Origin: Vicinamibacteria bacterium
GTDB lineage: Bacteria > Acidobacteriota > Vicinamibacteria > Marinacidobacterales > Marinacidobacteraceae
Reading direction: 5' to 3'
Assembly: GCA_963555995.3 (NCBI GenBank)
Contig: OY821641.1
Span: 1,568,001 to 1,632,000, forward strand
Length of the DNA stretch: 64,000 bases
The position numbers and the translations under genes are program-made. Within the stretch, counting starts at the first letter, position 1. Each line of letters opens with the position of its first letter. Shown here piece after piece: positions 36,105 through 46,004 of the stretch. The notes below the pieces were generated by a model. It was not told the DNA's origin. It saw only the letters and a program-made list of their open reading frames with translations, and did not search any database.

Positions 36105-37751
36105 TTACTCGACACGGCCTTCAAGGAACCACGAGCGCCGTTCCCGGTCAAAGAAAACCCAGCAGACATCGCCGCGTTTCAGGCGGACGAAAAAGTAGTC
36201 CCGAGAGACCGGCCTTCCCGAAAGCAGACGCCACCAGCCTCCGGAGACGCGGAAGGGACCGGTGAAACTCTGAACGGGACCGTGGTCCACGCCCCGGAGC
36301 AGCCAACCATCGGGTTCGCCGGGACCCCGATGGGGAAGGATGAGCGGCTGGTCGTAGATGCGGCGAATCAGGCGAGGGGTCCGGGTTTCGAAAAAATCCC
36401 GCGGCGGGCTCTTGCCCGGAACATTCCGGACGGTGGCCTCTTCCGGAGAGACCGGCCGGCACCGGTAGCGTCCCCGCGGAAGGTGCGCATCCCGGATTTC
36501 CAGCCGGACCAGGGAGTCTTCGCCGAATTCGGCCTGAACCTGGGCCAGCGCTTCCGAAGCCCTCTTCGGGCCGGTGGAAAGGGCTTCCCCGGGGCGCTGG
36601 TACAGGCCGGGCTGTTCCGCGGCGTAGATACCGCCGCGAGCCCGGAGAACGAGGCCGAGGATCCTTCTCGGTTCCTCTTCCGGGCCTGGGGAGGGTCTCG
36701 GAAGCACTCGCGGCCCGGCGCCGGCCCGGTTCTCCAGCGAGCTGGCCCCGAGCCGCAGGCGGAGCAGGGAGAGGAGCTTCACGCCGTCCTCGGTGGGAAG
36801 GGCGGGACGGACGGACCCGGAAATGGGCGGAGCGTCTTCGCACTCCACCTCGTAGGCGAGTTCGACGACCGCGAGGCCCTGTTTCCCGAGATCGGCGAGG
36901 ATCCGGTCGAGCAGGCGCTTCGCGTGGAAGATGAGCCGCTCGATGTCGGTCTCGGGAGGTTCGAAGGAGACCCGCTGTTCTACCGGCGTCTCCCGGCGGA
37001 AGGTCTGGGAAACCGGCGCGGAGCTCTCTCCGGTGCCAAGGCGGTGGAGTTCCAGGACCTCCTTCCCGAAGCGGTTCGCCAGTCCTCGTCCGGACCGTCC
37101 CTCCCCGGCCAGGCGCAGCAGCTCCCGAAGCGATGAGATGCCGAGCTTCTCCAGACCGGCGAGGGTCTTCTCCGGCAGTCCGAAGCGGACGAGCGGGGCC
37201 CGGAGGGCAGCGGTTCTTTCCTCGGCGGGACTTTCGAAGATCTGGAGTCCGAACGTGGCCCGCGCCGCCGCAAAGGAGTGGAACCGGGTAAAGCCCACCG
37301 CGATCGAGACGCGGAACCCGTCGCCCCGGAGATCGTTCGAGAGCGCCTCGATCCAGTCCGAAAGCGGACCGAACAACCCGGTCAGGCCGGATGCCCGCAG
37401 CCAGAAGGTTCCGGCAGCGCCGCACCCGGACAGTTGGGGAGCGAGGGAGGAAGCCGATTCGACCTGGGGACTCCAGCGGTGGAGCCGTTCGGCCAGCCGG
37501 TGGACTTCCCGCGCTACTTCCGAAGCGCGGACATGACCGATCCGGAGCGCGGGGCAGCAGGCGGTCGCGGCGGCCTGCCGCATCCCCGGGCGCGCCCCGA
37601 GAGTGATCGCCCGGCGGTTCGCCCAGGAAATGCGTGCCCGCACCGTGTCCTCGGTGACCACCGCCACCGGTTCCTGCCGCCATTCGGGATGCCGCCGCAG
37701 CAGGATCTGGAGCGGCAGCGCCGGAACGTCAACACATGCCAGCCGGTTCAC
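36105..37751 (-). CDS. imuB: Y-family polymerase-like ImuB
   Basis: RLACVDVP N-terminus, GARPGM, WSPQVE, C-terminal GPFRVSGGWW...RDYF...WFLEG; cassette context. Confidence 0.88.
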   Translation of the reverse strand: MNRLACVDVPALPLQILLRRHPEWRQEPVAVVTEDTVRARISWANRRAITLGARPGMRQAAATACCPALRIGHVRASEVAREVHRLAERLHRWSPQVESASSLAPQLSGCGAAGTFWLRASGLTGLFGPLSDWIEALSNDLRGDGFRVSIAVGFTRFHSFAAARATFGLQIFESPAEERTAALRAPLVRFGLPEKTLAGLEKLGISSLRELLRLAGEGRSGRGLANRFGKEVLELHRLGTGESSAPVSQTFRRETPVEQRVSFEPPETDIERLIFHAKRLLDRILADLGKQGLAVVELAYEVECEDAPPISGSVRPALPTEDGVKLLSLLRLRLGASSLENRAGAGPRVLPRPSPGPEEEPRRILGLVLRARGGIYAAEQPGLYQRPGEALSTGPKRASEALAQVQAEFGEDSLVRLEIRDAHLPRGRYRCRPVSPEEATVRNVPGKSPPRDFFETRTPRLIRRIYDQPLILPHRGPGEPDGWLLRGVDHGPVQSFTGPFRVSGGWWRLLSGRPVSRDYFFVRLKRGDVCWVFFDRERRSWFLEGRVE

Positions 37752-38658
37752 GGCATTTCCTTTCGAACCGGACTCCGGGGAGAAGGCGGTCCCGGCCCCG
37801 GAGCGGCGGCAGTCCCGGAGAGGAGGGAACCCCGTTCCCCTTGTCCTTGAGCACGGTGATGACGATGTCGTTTCCCCGGCGGCTCGCGTCGAAGCGCTTG
37901 CCCACCCGAGGGTCGAGCGATGGGGCGGCCGGTGGTTTGTCGGTCAGCAGGACGACCGCGGTTCGGTACTTGTGCGCGAGTCCGGCAAGCCGCGACAGGT
38001 GCGGGAGCCCGGGAGGAGTGCCCGGACGGGACCTTGGAGTCCTCCCGGATGCCGCGGCGGAGTCCGGCCCCGATTCCCGAACCGATTGGCGAACCGATTG
38101 AGGACCGGAACGCTCCGGCGGGAGCGAATCGGCAAGGTCCACGACCACCAGTCCGAAAGCTCCCGAGTGGACAACCCGGGTGGCGGCGCGAATCTGCGCT
38201 CCCGGTGTTTCCAGCCGCAGCAGGACCAGCCGGTCCAGCGCGATCCCCGATTCCACCGCGTCCGGGGGAAAGAAGAGGCTGCGGGTCGTCGCGATCCAGG
38301 CGATCAGGGCGGGGTCTGGGGCGGGGCCCGCGCCATCCAGGTCGGTTGCGGCGCGCGTTTCGCGGCCTTCGGCCGCGTGCCGACCGGAGGTCGGCGTTCC
38401 AAGCCGGAGCTGATGATGCTGGGCCTCGGCGACCAGCGCCAGCGCCGAAGACAGGACGCCGGAATCCGCCGTCCCGGAGATTTCCACGAGGCTGCCGGCA
38501 AGCCGGGCAAGCCCCCACTTCGCGAGTTCCCGGCCAGGATGCGGTTCCTGGGTCCGGGCGGGGTGGGTTCGGCGGAGTCCGGGTTGTCCGGACGGAACGG
38601 CGGAGCGGGCCGCGGACGGAACCGGGGACCGAAGGGAGGCAAGGGTTTGTGGCATCAC
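37729..38658 (-). CDS. imuA: RecA-like ImuA
   Basis: GSLVEISG, FFPPD...GIALDRL, SGAFGLVVVDL; lies between lexA and imuB. Confidence 0.82.
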   Translation of the reverse strand: MMPQTLASLRSPVPSAARSAVPSGQPGLRRTHPARTQEPHPGRELAKWGLARLAGSLVEISGTADSGVLSSALALVAEAQHHQLRLGTPTSGRHAAEGRETRAATDLDGAGPAPDPALIAWIATTRSLFFPPDAVESGIALDRLVLLRLETPGAQIRAATRVVHSGAFGLVVVDLADSLPPERSGPQSVRQSVRESGPDSAAASGRTPRSRPGTPPGLPHLSRLAGLAHKYRTAVVLLTDKPPAAPSLDPRVGKRFDASRRGNDIVITVLKDKGNGVPSSPGLPPLRGRDRLLPGVRFERKCREPAGMC

Positions 38659-38709
38659 GGTTTTCTCTCGACCGGTATCGGACTCGTCAGGCAGACCTCA
38701 TGGGGGGAT

Positions 38710-39345
38710 TCAGCGAATCCGGCGTCGCAATTCCACAACTCTCCCGAGGATCCGGCAGGATCCGGGAGGTGGACGGAGCGTGTCGAAGCCGGGGTTTTCC
38801 GGCCGCAGCTCCATCCCGCCCGGTCCCAGGTGGAGCCGCTTCACCGTGGCTTCCTCTTCAAGGAGCGCCACCACGATCTGACCGGAAACGGGCGTTCCCC
38901 GCCGTTCGACGATGACGGTGTCTCCGGGCAGGATGCCGGCGCCGGACATGCTTTCCCCTCGAACCCGGAGGGCGAAGTAGTCCGCGAGATCCCGGGAATC
39001 GGGGATTTCCACCGGGAGGTTCCCCTCCGGGTTCTGGATGGCCTCTTCGAAACCGCCGGCGGCGACCTCACCCAGGAGGGGGACCGGCTGAAGGCGGCCC
39101 GTGGACCAGTCCGGCGCCGGAAAGGACGGCTGTTTGGGCAGGCGATAGCCGCGGGCCCGGCCCGGCTCCTTGACCAGGCGCCCCTCTGCGACGAGAGCGG
39201 CGAGATGGGCCCGGACGGTCTCGACGGCCCGGAAACCGAAGTGCCGCTGCACTTCGCGCAGGGAAGGGGAGTCTCCCCGCAGGAGACAGTCGCGCACGAA
39301 GCGGAAAACTCGGTTCCGGGTCTGTCCCGGAGGGGTCTTGGGCAC
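38710..39345 (-). CDS. lexA: LexA repressor
   Basis: HTH PSLREV...ARG; Ala-Gly cleavage site VAAG; catalytic Ser VRGESM and Lys ATVKR. Confidence 0.95.
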   Translation of the reverse strand: MPKTPPGQTRNRVFRFVRDCLLRGDSPSLREVQRHFGFRAVETVRAHLAALVAEGRLVKEPGRARGYRLPKQPSFPAPDWSTGRLQPVPLLGEVAAGGFEEAIQNPEGNLPVEIPDSRDLADYFALRVRGESMSGAGILPGDTVIVERRGTPVSGQIVVALLEEEATVKRLHLGPGGMELRPENPGFDTLRPPPGSCRILGRVVELRRRIR

Positions 39346-39351
39346 GCGCAC

Positions 39352-39379
39352 AGCATAACAGACATTTGTCTGGTATGCT
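39352..39379 (-). promoter_or_regulatory. 28-bp palindrome overlapping the extended -10 of lexA; putative LexA operator
   Basis: agcataacagaca-tt-tgtctggtatgct (1 mismatch); minus-strand TGTTATGCT lies 6 nt before the GTG. Confidence 0.75.
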
Positions 39380-39397
39380 AAAGCAAGGAAACGGCTG

Positions 39398-39515
39398 GGA
39401 ACGCCGGCTTCAGCCGGCACCCGCTGCGCGGAGCGCAGCGGAACGACATACCGTCGCTGCCCGCATGGCGCGTGGGCAGGCCGGTGGCGCCATCACGGCC
39501 GGAGGCCGGCGCTCC
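39398..39515. repeat. REP-like inverted doublet
   Basis: ggaacgccggcttcagccggcac (39398-39420) and inverted ggccggaggccggcgctcc (39497-39515); related to the pair at 54898/55072. Confidence 0.55.
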
Positions 39516-39529
39516 GAGGCTTCCCCTAG

Positions 39530-39708
39530 CAGCCTGTGGACAAAGTCACGCGGCATTCGAACGCCGATGCATCCCGCCTGAACCGCGCCTCTACGAGGCG
39601 CTCTGCGTTGCGTTTCGGTCGGAATACACCCGGTATTCCTCCCTCACGCGCCTTGTCAGCCGGGCGCCTCGGCGTTCTCGGTGCTCACCTCACTTTATCC
39701 ACAGGCTG
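39530..39708 (+). mobile_element. 179-bp MITE copy D, CTAG target duplication
   Basis: TIR cagcctgtggacaaagt / actttatccacaggctg; CTAG at 39526-39529 and 39709-39712 (includes the ssb stop). Confidence 0.88.
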
Positions 39709-40512
39709 CTAGAAGGGCACGTCGTCCACGTCGTCGCTCGTATTCACTCCGCTGGATCCCCAGGCGTCCGGCTGCTTCCGCTCCGCGCGCGACCCGGAGT
39801 CCTTTCCGGACCTCTGGCCGGAAGCCCGGCCCGCGGACTCATAGCCGCCGCGTCCCGAGCTGCCGCTGCCCAGGACCGAGTGGGCCCGGGTCTCGGTGAC
39901 CCGCCGTTCCCGTCCGCTGCGATCGTTGTACTTGCGGGTCTGCAGCATCCCCTCGACGAGGACCCGCTGGCCCTTCTCGAGCTGGCCCTCCAGCCGCTGC
40001 GCGGGTTCTCCGAACACCGCGACCTGGTGCCACTCGGTCTCCTCGTTGGTCTCCCCGTCCCGCCGGGTCCAGCTCTCGCTGGTGGCGATCCGCAGATTCA
40101 TCACCATGAAGTTGTCGAACTTCCTCAGTTCCGGGGTCTGGCCGAGGTTGCCCAGCACGATGGAGCGGTTGACCCCCGGCTCGGCGCCCTCGGACGCGCG
40201 CACGATGTCGGCCCGGACCTCCGTGGAATACATGTCCTCACCTTCCTGGTTCCGGTACTTGCGGGTCCGCAACTGCCCCTCGACGTACACCGGGCTGTCG
40301 GGCGCGAGTCCCTCGGCGACTGCCGCGTTCCGCTCGCCGCGAACCACGACCCGGTGCCAGGCGGGCCGCTCCCGCATCGCGCCGGTCTCGTCGTTTTCGA
40401 TGGTCACCGTCTTCACGTTCAGGTTGACCAGCTTCCGTCCGTCGTCGAAGACGCGCGTCCGCGGGGCGTCGGAAACCACCCCGCGCAGCACGATCTTGTT
40501 CACATCTCGCAT
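39709..40512 (-). CDS. ssb: Single-stranded DNA-binding protein with two tandem OB folds
   Basis: VNK..L.G...WHRV...VEGQLRTRKY repeated as VNRS..LGNLG...EWHQV...VEGMLQTRKY; acidic tail DDVPF; SD AAGGAG. Confidence 0.92.
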   Translation of the reverse strand: MRDVNKIVLRGVVSDAPRTRVFDDGRKLVNLNVKTVTIENDETGAMRERPAWHRVVVRGERNAAVAEGLAPDSPVYVEGQLRTRKYRNQEGEDMYSTEVRADIVRASEGAEPGVNRSIVLGNLGQTPELRKFDNFMVMNLRIATSESWTRRDGETNEETEWHQVAVFGEPAQRLEGQLEKGQRVLVEGMLQTRKYNDRSGRERRVTETRAHSVLGSGSSGRGGYESAGRASGQRSGKDSGSRAERKQPDAWGSSGVNTSDDVDDVPF

Positions 40513-40550
40513 TGCATCCACTCCTTCCGGCCGCCTCGAGCGGCCGGTTC

Positions 40551-41483
40551 TCACACGCCGGGGTCTCGCGGCGGCATGGCGTCCAGCTCCCTTTGCGCCA
40601 GACGCGCCGCCGTGGTTCCGGCAAAAACATCCAAGATGTCTTCAAAGATTTCGCGCGCATCGGACTCATGGCCCATTCGCCCGAAGATGAGGCCCTTCTT
40701 GTACCAGGCCTCGCCAATCTTGCTGCTGTCCGGGAAATCCCGAATCACGATGTCGAACTGTTCGAGAGCGTCCTCCAGCCGGTCCTGAGCCAGCCGGCAT
40801 TCTCCCATGAAGTAGCGGGCGTTGTCCGCGAGCTCGCCTCCCGACTCGGCGACCCGCTCGAAGCCGGCCAGGGCGAGGTCATAGCGCCCCTGGAGATAAT
40901 CCGCGTCGGCCTGCAGATAGATTTCGGAGACGCTCGGTTCATCCAGGACCGTGGCCCCTTCCGCGGCGCCCTCCTCACCGGAGCCTTCCTGCGGCGATGG
41001 TTCGTCCCCGGCCGCGGCTTCCGGCGTTTCGGCCTCCTCACCGTCCGGCGGCGCGGGGTCGCCGGCCTCCGCGGAACCGGCCCCCAGGAGCGCGGCGCGG
41101 CGCTGCGCCTCCCGTACCGACTCCACTTCCACCATCAGGGCCGAGAGGCGGCCATTCGTATCCCGGAAGGCCTCGCTCAACGTCGCGACGCTCCGTTCCA
41201 TGCGTTCGAGCGTATCCATCGTTTCGGCGCGGCTCTGGCGATCGGCGGTGAGCTGTTCCTCGCGGTCGGCGAGGAGAGCTTCCACGGCCTGGGAGAGGGC
41301 GGTCTGGGCTTCGACCAGCGTGGCGAGCTGCGCCTGGATCTGCCGGATCTCGGACACGATGCGGTTCTGGTCGCGTTGGGCGCCGGCCGGGGTCGCACCG
41401 AGGAGCGGCGTCGCGGAGAGGAAACCGAGGAGGACCGCGGCGACGAGCGCTGTGGTGGGGGACGCGGGTCGGAAAGACTTCAC
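40551..41483 (-). CDS. cpoB: Tol-Pal coordinator CpoB/YbgF (coiled coil + TPR)
   Basis: Signal peptide, coiled coil, TPR ADNARYFMGE; GTGA overlap with pal. Confidence 0.85.
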   Translation of the reverse strand: MKSFRPASPTTALVAAVLLGFLSATPLLGATPAGAQRDQNRIVSEIRQIQAQLATLVEAQTALSQAVEALLADREEQLTADRQSRAETMDTLERMERSVATLSEAFRDTNGRLSALMVEVESVREAQRRAALLGAGSAEAGDPAPPDGEEAETPEAAAGDEPSPQEGSGEEGAAEGATVLDEPSVSEIYLQADADYLQGRYDLALAGFERVAESGGELADNARYFMGECRLAQDRLEDALEQFDIVIRDFPDSSKIGEAWYKKGLIFGRMGHESDAREIFEDILDVFAGTTAARLAQRELDAMPPRDPGV

Positions 41484-42121
41484 TTGGCGACGATCTCCAG
41501 ATGGGCGCGGCGGTTTCGCCGCCAGGCGGCTTCGTTCCGGCCCGGGTCGAGAGGGAATTCCTTGCCGTAGCTGATGATCCGCATCCGGCCGGAACCGACG
41601 CCGAGATCCCGCAGGTAGTCGCGGACGGCCCGGGCGCGTTCCTCCCCGAGCGCCAGGTTGTACTCCACCGTGCCGCGTTCGTCGCAGTGCCCTTCGACGA
41701 GGATGCTGACCGAGGGATAGCGGGACAGCCACGCGGCGTTCTCTTCGAGGGTGGCCCGCATCGCCGGGGTGAGGTCGGCGCTGTCGTAGTCGAAATGCAC
41801 GTCCTCGAGGTATCCCTCGGCGTTCAGCTCCTCGAGGCTCTTGGCCCCGATGTCCAGCAGGTCGGTCTCGCTTCCGACCTCGGGCGGGATGGCCAGGATC
41901 TCGTCCTCGGTCAATCCGCCGGAATCCGAGGGCCCCGGATCGGATTCGCGTTCGACAGCGTCCTCCGAAGCCTCGGGAGGAGGCATCGGGCCGGGCGCCG
42001 GGTCGCTCCCGGTTGCCGGGGTGCGGTTGACGGAAGAACAGGCGAACCCCGCCAGCAGCGCGAGCAGGAGGGCGGCCGGGAGCGCCCGGCGGGTCGGAAG
42101 GAGTCTCGAATCTGGTCTCAT
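41480..42121 (-). CDS. pal: Peptidoglycan-associated lipoprotein
   Basis: Lipobox GFAC; FDYDS, EGHCDERGTVEYNLALGEERA, NRRA. Confidence 0.95.
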   Translation of the reverse strand: MRPDSRLLPTRRALPAALLLALLAGFACSSVNRTPATGSDPAPGPMPPPEASEDAVERESDPGPSDSGGLTEDEILAIPPEVGSETDLLDIGAKSLEELNAEGYLEDVHFDYDSADLTPAMRATLEENAAWLSRYPSVSILVEGHCDERGTVEYNLALGEERARAVRDYLRDLGVGSGRMRIISYGKEFPLDPGRNEAAWRRNRRAHLEIVAK

Positions 42122-42131
42122 GGGGGCGACT

Positions 42132-43670
42132 TCATTGCGGGTTTCCGGGAGGGTTGCCCCAGCGCGGGGTGGTGTTGCTCCCCTCGCGCGTGAGCTGCTT
42201 CAGATTGGAGCCGTCCCGGTGCATGGTGAACACCTGGTCGCTGCCGGCCCGGTTGGAGGCGAACGCGAGGTGCAGGCCGTTGGGAGCCCACGAGGGACTC
42301 TCGTTGCTGCCGCGGCCGGTGGTGAGCTGGCGGGTCTGCCGGGTCTCGAAGTCATGGACGACGATGTCGAAGGGGCGGCGCTCGATCCGGGAGGCGTAGG
42401 CGATCTCGCTGTGCTGGCGTGACGGGGACCAGGCGGGGGAATCGTTGTACGAGCCCTCGAAGGAAACCCGCCGCAGGTTCAGTCCGTCCCGGTCCATGGT
42501 GTAGATCTGCGGGGCTCCGGTCCGATCCGAGGTGAAGGCGATCGTGCGTCCGTTCGGGGACCAGGTGGGGGCGACATCAATGGCGCGGTTGTCGGTGAGC
42601 CGCCGCAGCTCGGCGCCGTCCACCGCAGCCAGATAGATCTCCGACTGGCCGTCGCGATTCGAAGTGAACGCGATCCACCTCCCGTCCGGCGACCACGCCG
42701 GGGTGAAGGACTGGAACTCTCCCACCAGCTTCTCGCCGCGGCCCTGATAGAGGAAGGCGAGATAGAGGGCCGGAGCGCCTTCGCGGTAGGAGATGTAACT
42801 GAGCGCCCGCCCGTCCGGCGACCAGCTCGGGGTGATGTTCAGGGAGCCGTTGGCGGTCACCGGGCGTTGCCCGTGACCGTCGTAGTCCATCAGGTAGATC
42901 TCCTTGCTGCGCGGGCCCGAGCGGCTGGTGGAGAAGGCGATCCGGGTGCGGGCGACGCCCTGGTAGTTCCCGGCGTGCTGCAGGATGTCGTCCGCGATCC
43001 GGTGGGCGAGGGTGCGGGCGGCGCCGCGGGCGGCCGTGTAGCGGCGGCCGAAGACGTTCTCCTGCGCCCGGACGGCGTGCATCCGCACTTCGGCAACGAG
43101 AAACTCGCCATCAATCCGGAGGTCTCCACGGATCAGGATGTCGGCGCCGATGGATTCCCACTGGTAGTAGTCGAGAACGCCTTCCGGCGATCCGGCTTCG
43201 GCGATCCGGTAGAAGCGCTTCGGAAGCATCCGGTACACCCCGGCGTACTCGATGTCGTTCCACAGGACTTCGCTGGCCACCGACGCCGATTCGGCCGCTT
43301 CCCCGGCCACCGTGGATCCCGCGTCGGAAAGCGGTTCCGCCGGGGCGGCGTCCGATCCCTCGGCCCGGATCCCGCCCTCGGAGGCTTCGGGCGCCGCCCA
43401 CCGGAAGTCCGGGATGGCCATCCGCACCGGAGCGCCCGGACGGGTGATGTCGAGGTACCAGTCGCCGGTGTCCTGGGTCGCGGCCTCGGCCGGGAACGCC
43501 CCGAGACTCGTGACTTCCACCTCCGGAGCGCCGCTTCCGGGCTCGGCTGCCGGACCGCTACCCGCGAACCCGGCGATCCCGGTCACCGGGACGAAACCCG
43601 AGGCGACTCCGGTGGCCAGCGCGGCGCCCAGCACCGGCAGAACGAGGCGAGGCAGGCGGGGAGATTTCAT
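42132..43670 (-). CDS. tolB: TolB beta-propeller protein
   Basis: AHRIADDI, TRIAF, repeated PxWSPDG (PD40). Confidence 0.92.
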   Translation of the reverse strand: MKSPRLPRLVLPVLGAALATGVASGFVPVTGIAGFAGSGPAAEPGSGAPEVEVTSLGAFPAEAATQDTGDWYLDITRPGAPVRMAIPDFRWAAPEASEGGIRAEGSDAAPAEPLSDAGSTVAGEAAESASVASEVLWNDIEYAGVYRMLPKRFYRIAEAGSPEGVLDYYQWESIGADILIRGDLRIDGEFLVAEVRMHAVRAQENVFGRRYTAARGAARTLAHRIADDILQHAGNYQGVARTRIAFSTSRSGPRSKEIYLMDYDGHGQRPVTANGSLNITPSWSPDGRALSYISYREGAPALYLAFLYQGRGEKLVGEFQSFTPAWSPDGRWIAFTSNRDGQSEIYLAAVDGAELRRLTDNRAIDVAPTWSPNGRTIAFTSDRTGAPQIYTMDRDGLNLRRVSFEGSYNDSPAWSPSRQHSEIAYASRIERRPFDIVVHDFETRQTRQLTTGRGSNESPSWAPNGLHLAFASNRAGSDQVFTMHRDGSNLKQLTREGSNTTPRWGNPPGNPQ

Positions 43671-44620
43671 GGAATCCGGGGCGCCGGTCCGTCCGGACTC
43701 CCGGCCGCTTCCTGCTCGTAGGTGAAGAGGAGGTGCACGCCGACACGGTCGCGCGGATAGCTGTCGGGAAGCCGCGGCAGGGGTTCGGCCAGCACGACCG
43801 CCCGGAGCGCCGCCCGGTCGAGGAGCGACTGGCCGCTCGAGGTCTCCACCTCGGCGTCACTGATGGCCCCATCGCGGAAGATCGTGAACCGGATGACCAC
43901 GGTGGCCCGGCCGCGAACGGGGATCTGCTGCCAGTTCGCCTGGATCCGGGCGATCATCTGGCGCTGGTAGAAGGCGTACTCGAAGTCCTGGTCGAAGCGC
44001 GTGCCGCCCGGGGTCCCTCCGAGGCCGATGCCGGTGTTGCCGGAAGCCTGCCGGTTGGCCACCCCGGCGCTGGCGGCTCTCCGGGTGGGCCGGGACTTGG
44101 TATCTACGGGGCGGCGGGTCTCGAGCCGGGCCGAATCGGCCCACGCGGCATCGCGCCCCCGGAGCCCGGATTCCGGGCGCTGGGGGCGCGCCGCCCGGCG
44201 GCGGGCGCGGGCGTCCGGAACCGGCATGCGGTCACGGTTCTCGACGGTCGGGCGCACCACCTCCGGACGGGACGCCGGAGGTTCGGGGACGGGTTCGGGC
44301 TCGGGCGGCGGAGGCTCGGGAGCGGGCGGCTCCGGTTCCGGTTCCGGGATGGGCTCCGGGGCAGGGGGCGGCGCCGCGGCGCTCCCGAGGCTCGGGGTCG
44401 GACTCGGGCCCGACATCCCGAGTTCGATGAAGGCGGCGGAGGGAGGCGCCAGATCGCGGCCCGAATCCAGCTCCAGACCCACGGCGGCGCCCCCCAGCAG
44501 CACGACGTGGGCGGTCGCGGACCAGATCAGGTGGCGCCGGAACGGTTCGTCCCCCCGGCCCGGCCGCGAGGATGCCGCCGGCCCTTGCCGGGTTGGCGGA
44601 GTCCGGGGAGGATCCGGCAC
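43667..44620 (-). CDS. TolA/TonB family protein
   Basis: TM with SxxxH (WSATAH), Pro/Glu linker, C-terminal SSG..LLDRAALRAV...PLP. Confidence 0.85.
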   Translation of the reverse strand: MPDPPRTPPTRQGPAASSRPGRGDEPFRRHLIWSATAHVVLLGGAAVGLELDSGRDLAPPSAAFIELGMSGPSPTPSLGSAAAPPPAPEPIPEPEPEPPAPEPPPPEPEPVPEPPASRPEVVRPTVENRDRMPVPDARARRRAARPQRPESGLRGRDAAWADSARLETRRPVDTKSRPTRRAASAGVANRQASGNTGIGLGGTPGGTRFDQDFEYAFYQRQMIARIQANWQQIPVRGRATVVIRFTIFRDGAISDAEVETSSGQSLLDRAALRAVVLAEPLPRLPDSYPRDRVGVHLLFTYEQEAAGSPDGPAPRIP

Positions 44621-44626
44621 GAACAG

Positions 44627-45118
44627 CTACCTTTGCCGTTGTTCGCCGGGGTAGGCGTACACGAGACCCACACGGTCGAAACCCGCACGTTTCATCGTGT
44701 CTATTACCTCGATGACCTGTCCGTATTCTAGCGAGACATCCCCCTGCAGATAGCCTTCGCGAGCCCCCTCCAGATCAACGATTTCGCGGAGCCGCTCTTC
44801 CAGCAGCAGCGGGTTCACCGCCCGCTCGCCGACGAAGGTCCGGCCCTCGGCGTCCACCGTGACGATGACGCGCTCGGTGGCCTCCGCGGACCGCATCCGG
44901 GCGGTGGGCAGGTTCACCTCGAGGGAGCGGACGAGGAGCGGCGCGGTCACCATGAAGATGATCAGCAATACCAGCACCACGTCCACGAAAGGGGTGACGT
45001 TGATCTCGGAGAGCGCGCTCCCCGCGCCCGCTCTGCGGCGGGCGCCGAGCCGGGCCAGGGCGGAGCCGGAACCCGGTCCCGAAGTTCCCGCGGCGCCGCC
45101 GGCGGTTCCCATCCCCAT
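44627..45118 (-). CDS. tolR: TolR/ExbD
   Basis: EINVTPFVDVVLVLLIIFMVTAP. Confidence 0.9.
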   Translation of the reverse strand: MGMGTAGGAAGTSGPGSGSALARLGARRRAGAGSALSEINVTPFVDVVLVLLIIFMVTAPLLVRSLEVNLPTARMRSAEATERVIVTVDAEGRTFVGERAVNPLLLEERLREIVDLEGAREGYLQGDVSLEYGQVIEVIDTMKRAGFDRVGLVYAYPGEQRQR

Positions 45119-45122
45119 GCCG

Positions 45123-46004
45123 TCAGCGGGCCAGGTGCCGTTCCAGCATGGCCACGTACTCCATGGAGAAGTCGTCCATCGTGGTGGTGATCCGGCGAAT
45201 CTGGGCCAGGAAGGCGTTGTAGGCGATGACGGCCGGGATCGCCGCCGCCAGTCCCGCGGCGGTCGCGATCAGGGCTTCCGACACGCCGGGGGCGACCACG
45301 CTGATGTTCGCCGACTGGGTGAGCGCGATGTCCCGAAAGGAGTTCATGATGCCCCAGACGGTCCCGAAGAGTCCGATGAACGGGGTGGCGCCGCCGGTCG
45401 TCGCCAGAAACATCATCCGGTGCTCCAGCACCGCCGTCTCGGTGGACGAGGCGCGGAGCAGCGACCGCGCCACCGCTTCCATGTTGGAGACCCGCAGGCG
45501 GACCGGTTCTTTGTCCTCGGCGTCCTGCCGGGACTGGTAGCGGACTTCCTGGTAGCCGGCCTGGAACAGCCTCGCCAGCGGGCTGTCGGGATGTTTCCGG
45601 GCCCAGGCGACGACGTCCGCGAACCGCTTGGCGGACCGGAAATGGTTCAGGAAGGCGGCCGAACTCCGCTCCACCCGGCCGAGCCGCCGCGACTTGTGCA
45701 GGATGATGGCCCAGGAGACGAGACTGAAGAAGAGCAGGGTGGCGAGCACGAACCAGGCGACCGGCCCGGCCTCCACCACGAGCGCGAGGAAACCGCCCTC
45801 ATCGAGGAATCCCGCGGAGGGATCGAGTTCGACGGTGGTTACCGCCTCGTCCACAATCTCGGCGGCCTGGGGTTCGGGCGGCGTCTGTCCCGCCGCTGCG
45901 GCGAGGGGGAACAGCAGCGAGACCCCGGCCCCGAGGAGAGCGCGAAGGGAAGCCGTGAACCGGGCGAACACGTAGAAGCGGCGGGAGACCCGAATACCCA
46001 ACAT
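45123..46004 (-). CDS. tolQ: TolQ/ExbB (MotA family)
   Basis: PFIGLFGTVWGIM, VVAPGVSEALIATAAGL; start is ATG 46004 or GTG 45971. Confidence 0.92.
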   Translation of the reverse strand: MLGIRVSRRFYVFARFTASLRALLGAGVSLLFPLAAAAGQTPPEPQAAEIVDEAVTTVELDPSAGFLDEGGFLALVVEAGPVAWFVLATLLFFSLVSWAIILHKSRRLGRVERSSAAFLNHFRSAKRFADVVAWARKHPDSPLARLFQAGYQEVRYQSRQDAEDKEPVRLRVSNMEAVARSLLRASSTETAVLEHRMMFLATTGGATPFIGLFGTVWGIMNSFRDIALTQSANISVVAPGVSEALIATAAGLAAAIPAVIAYNAFLAQIRRITTTMDDFSMEYVAMLERHLAR

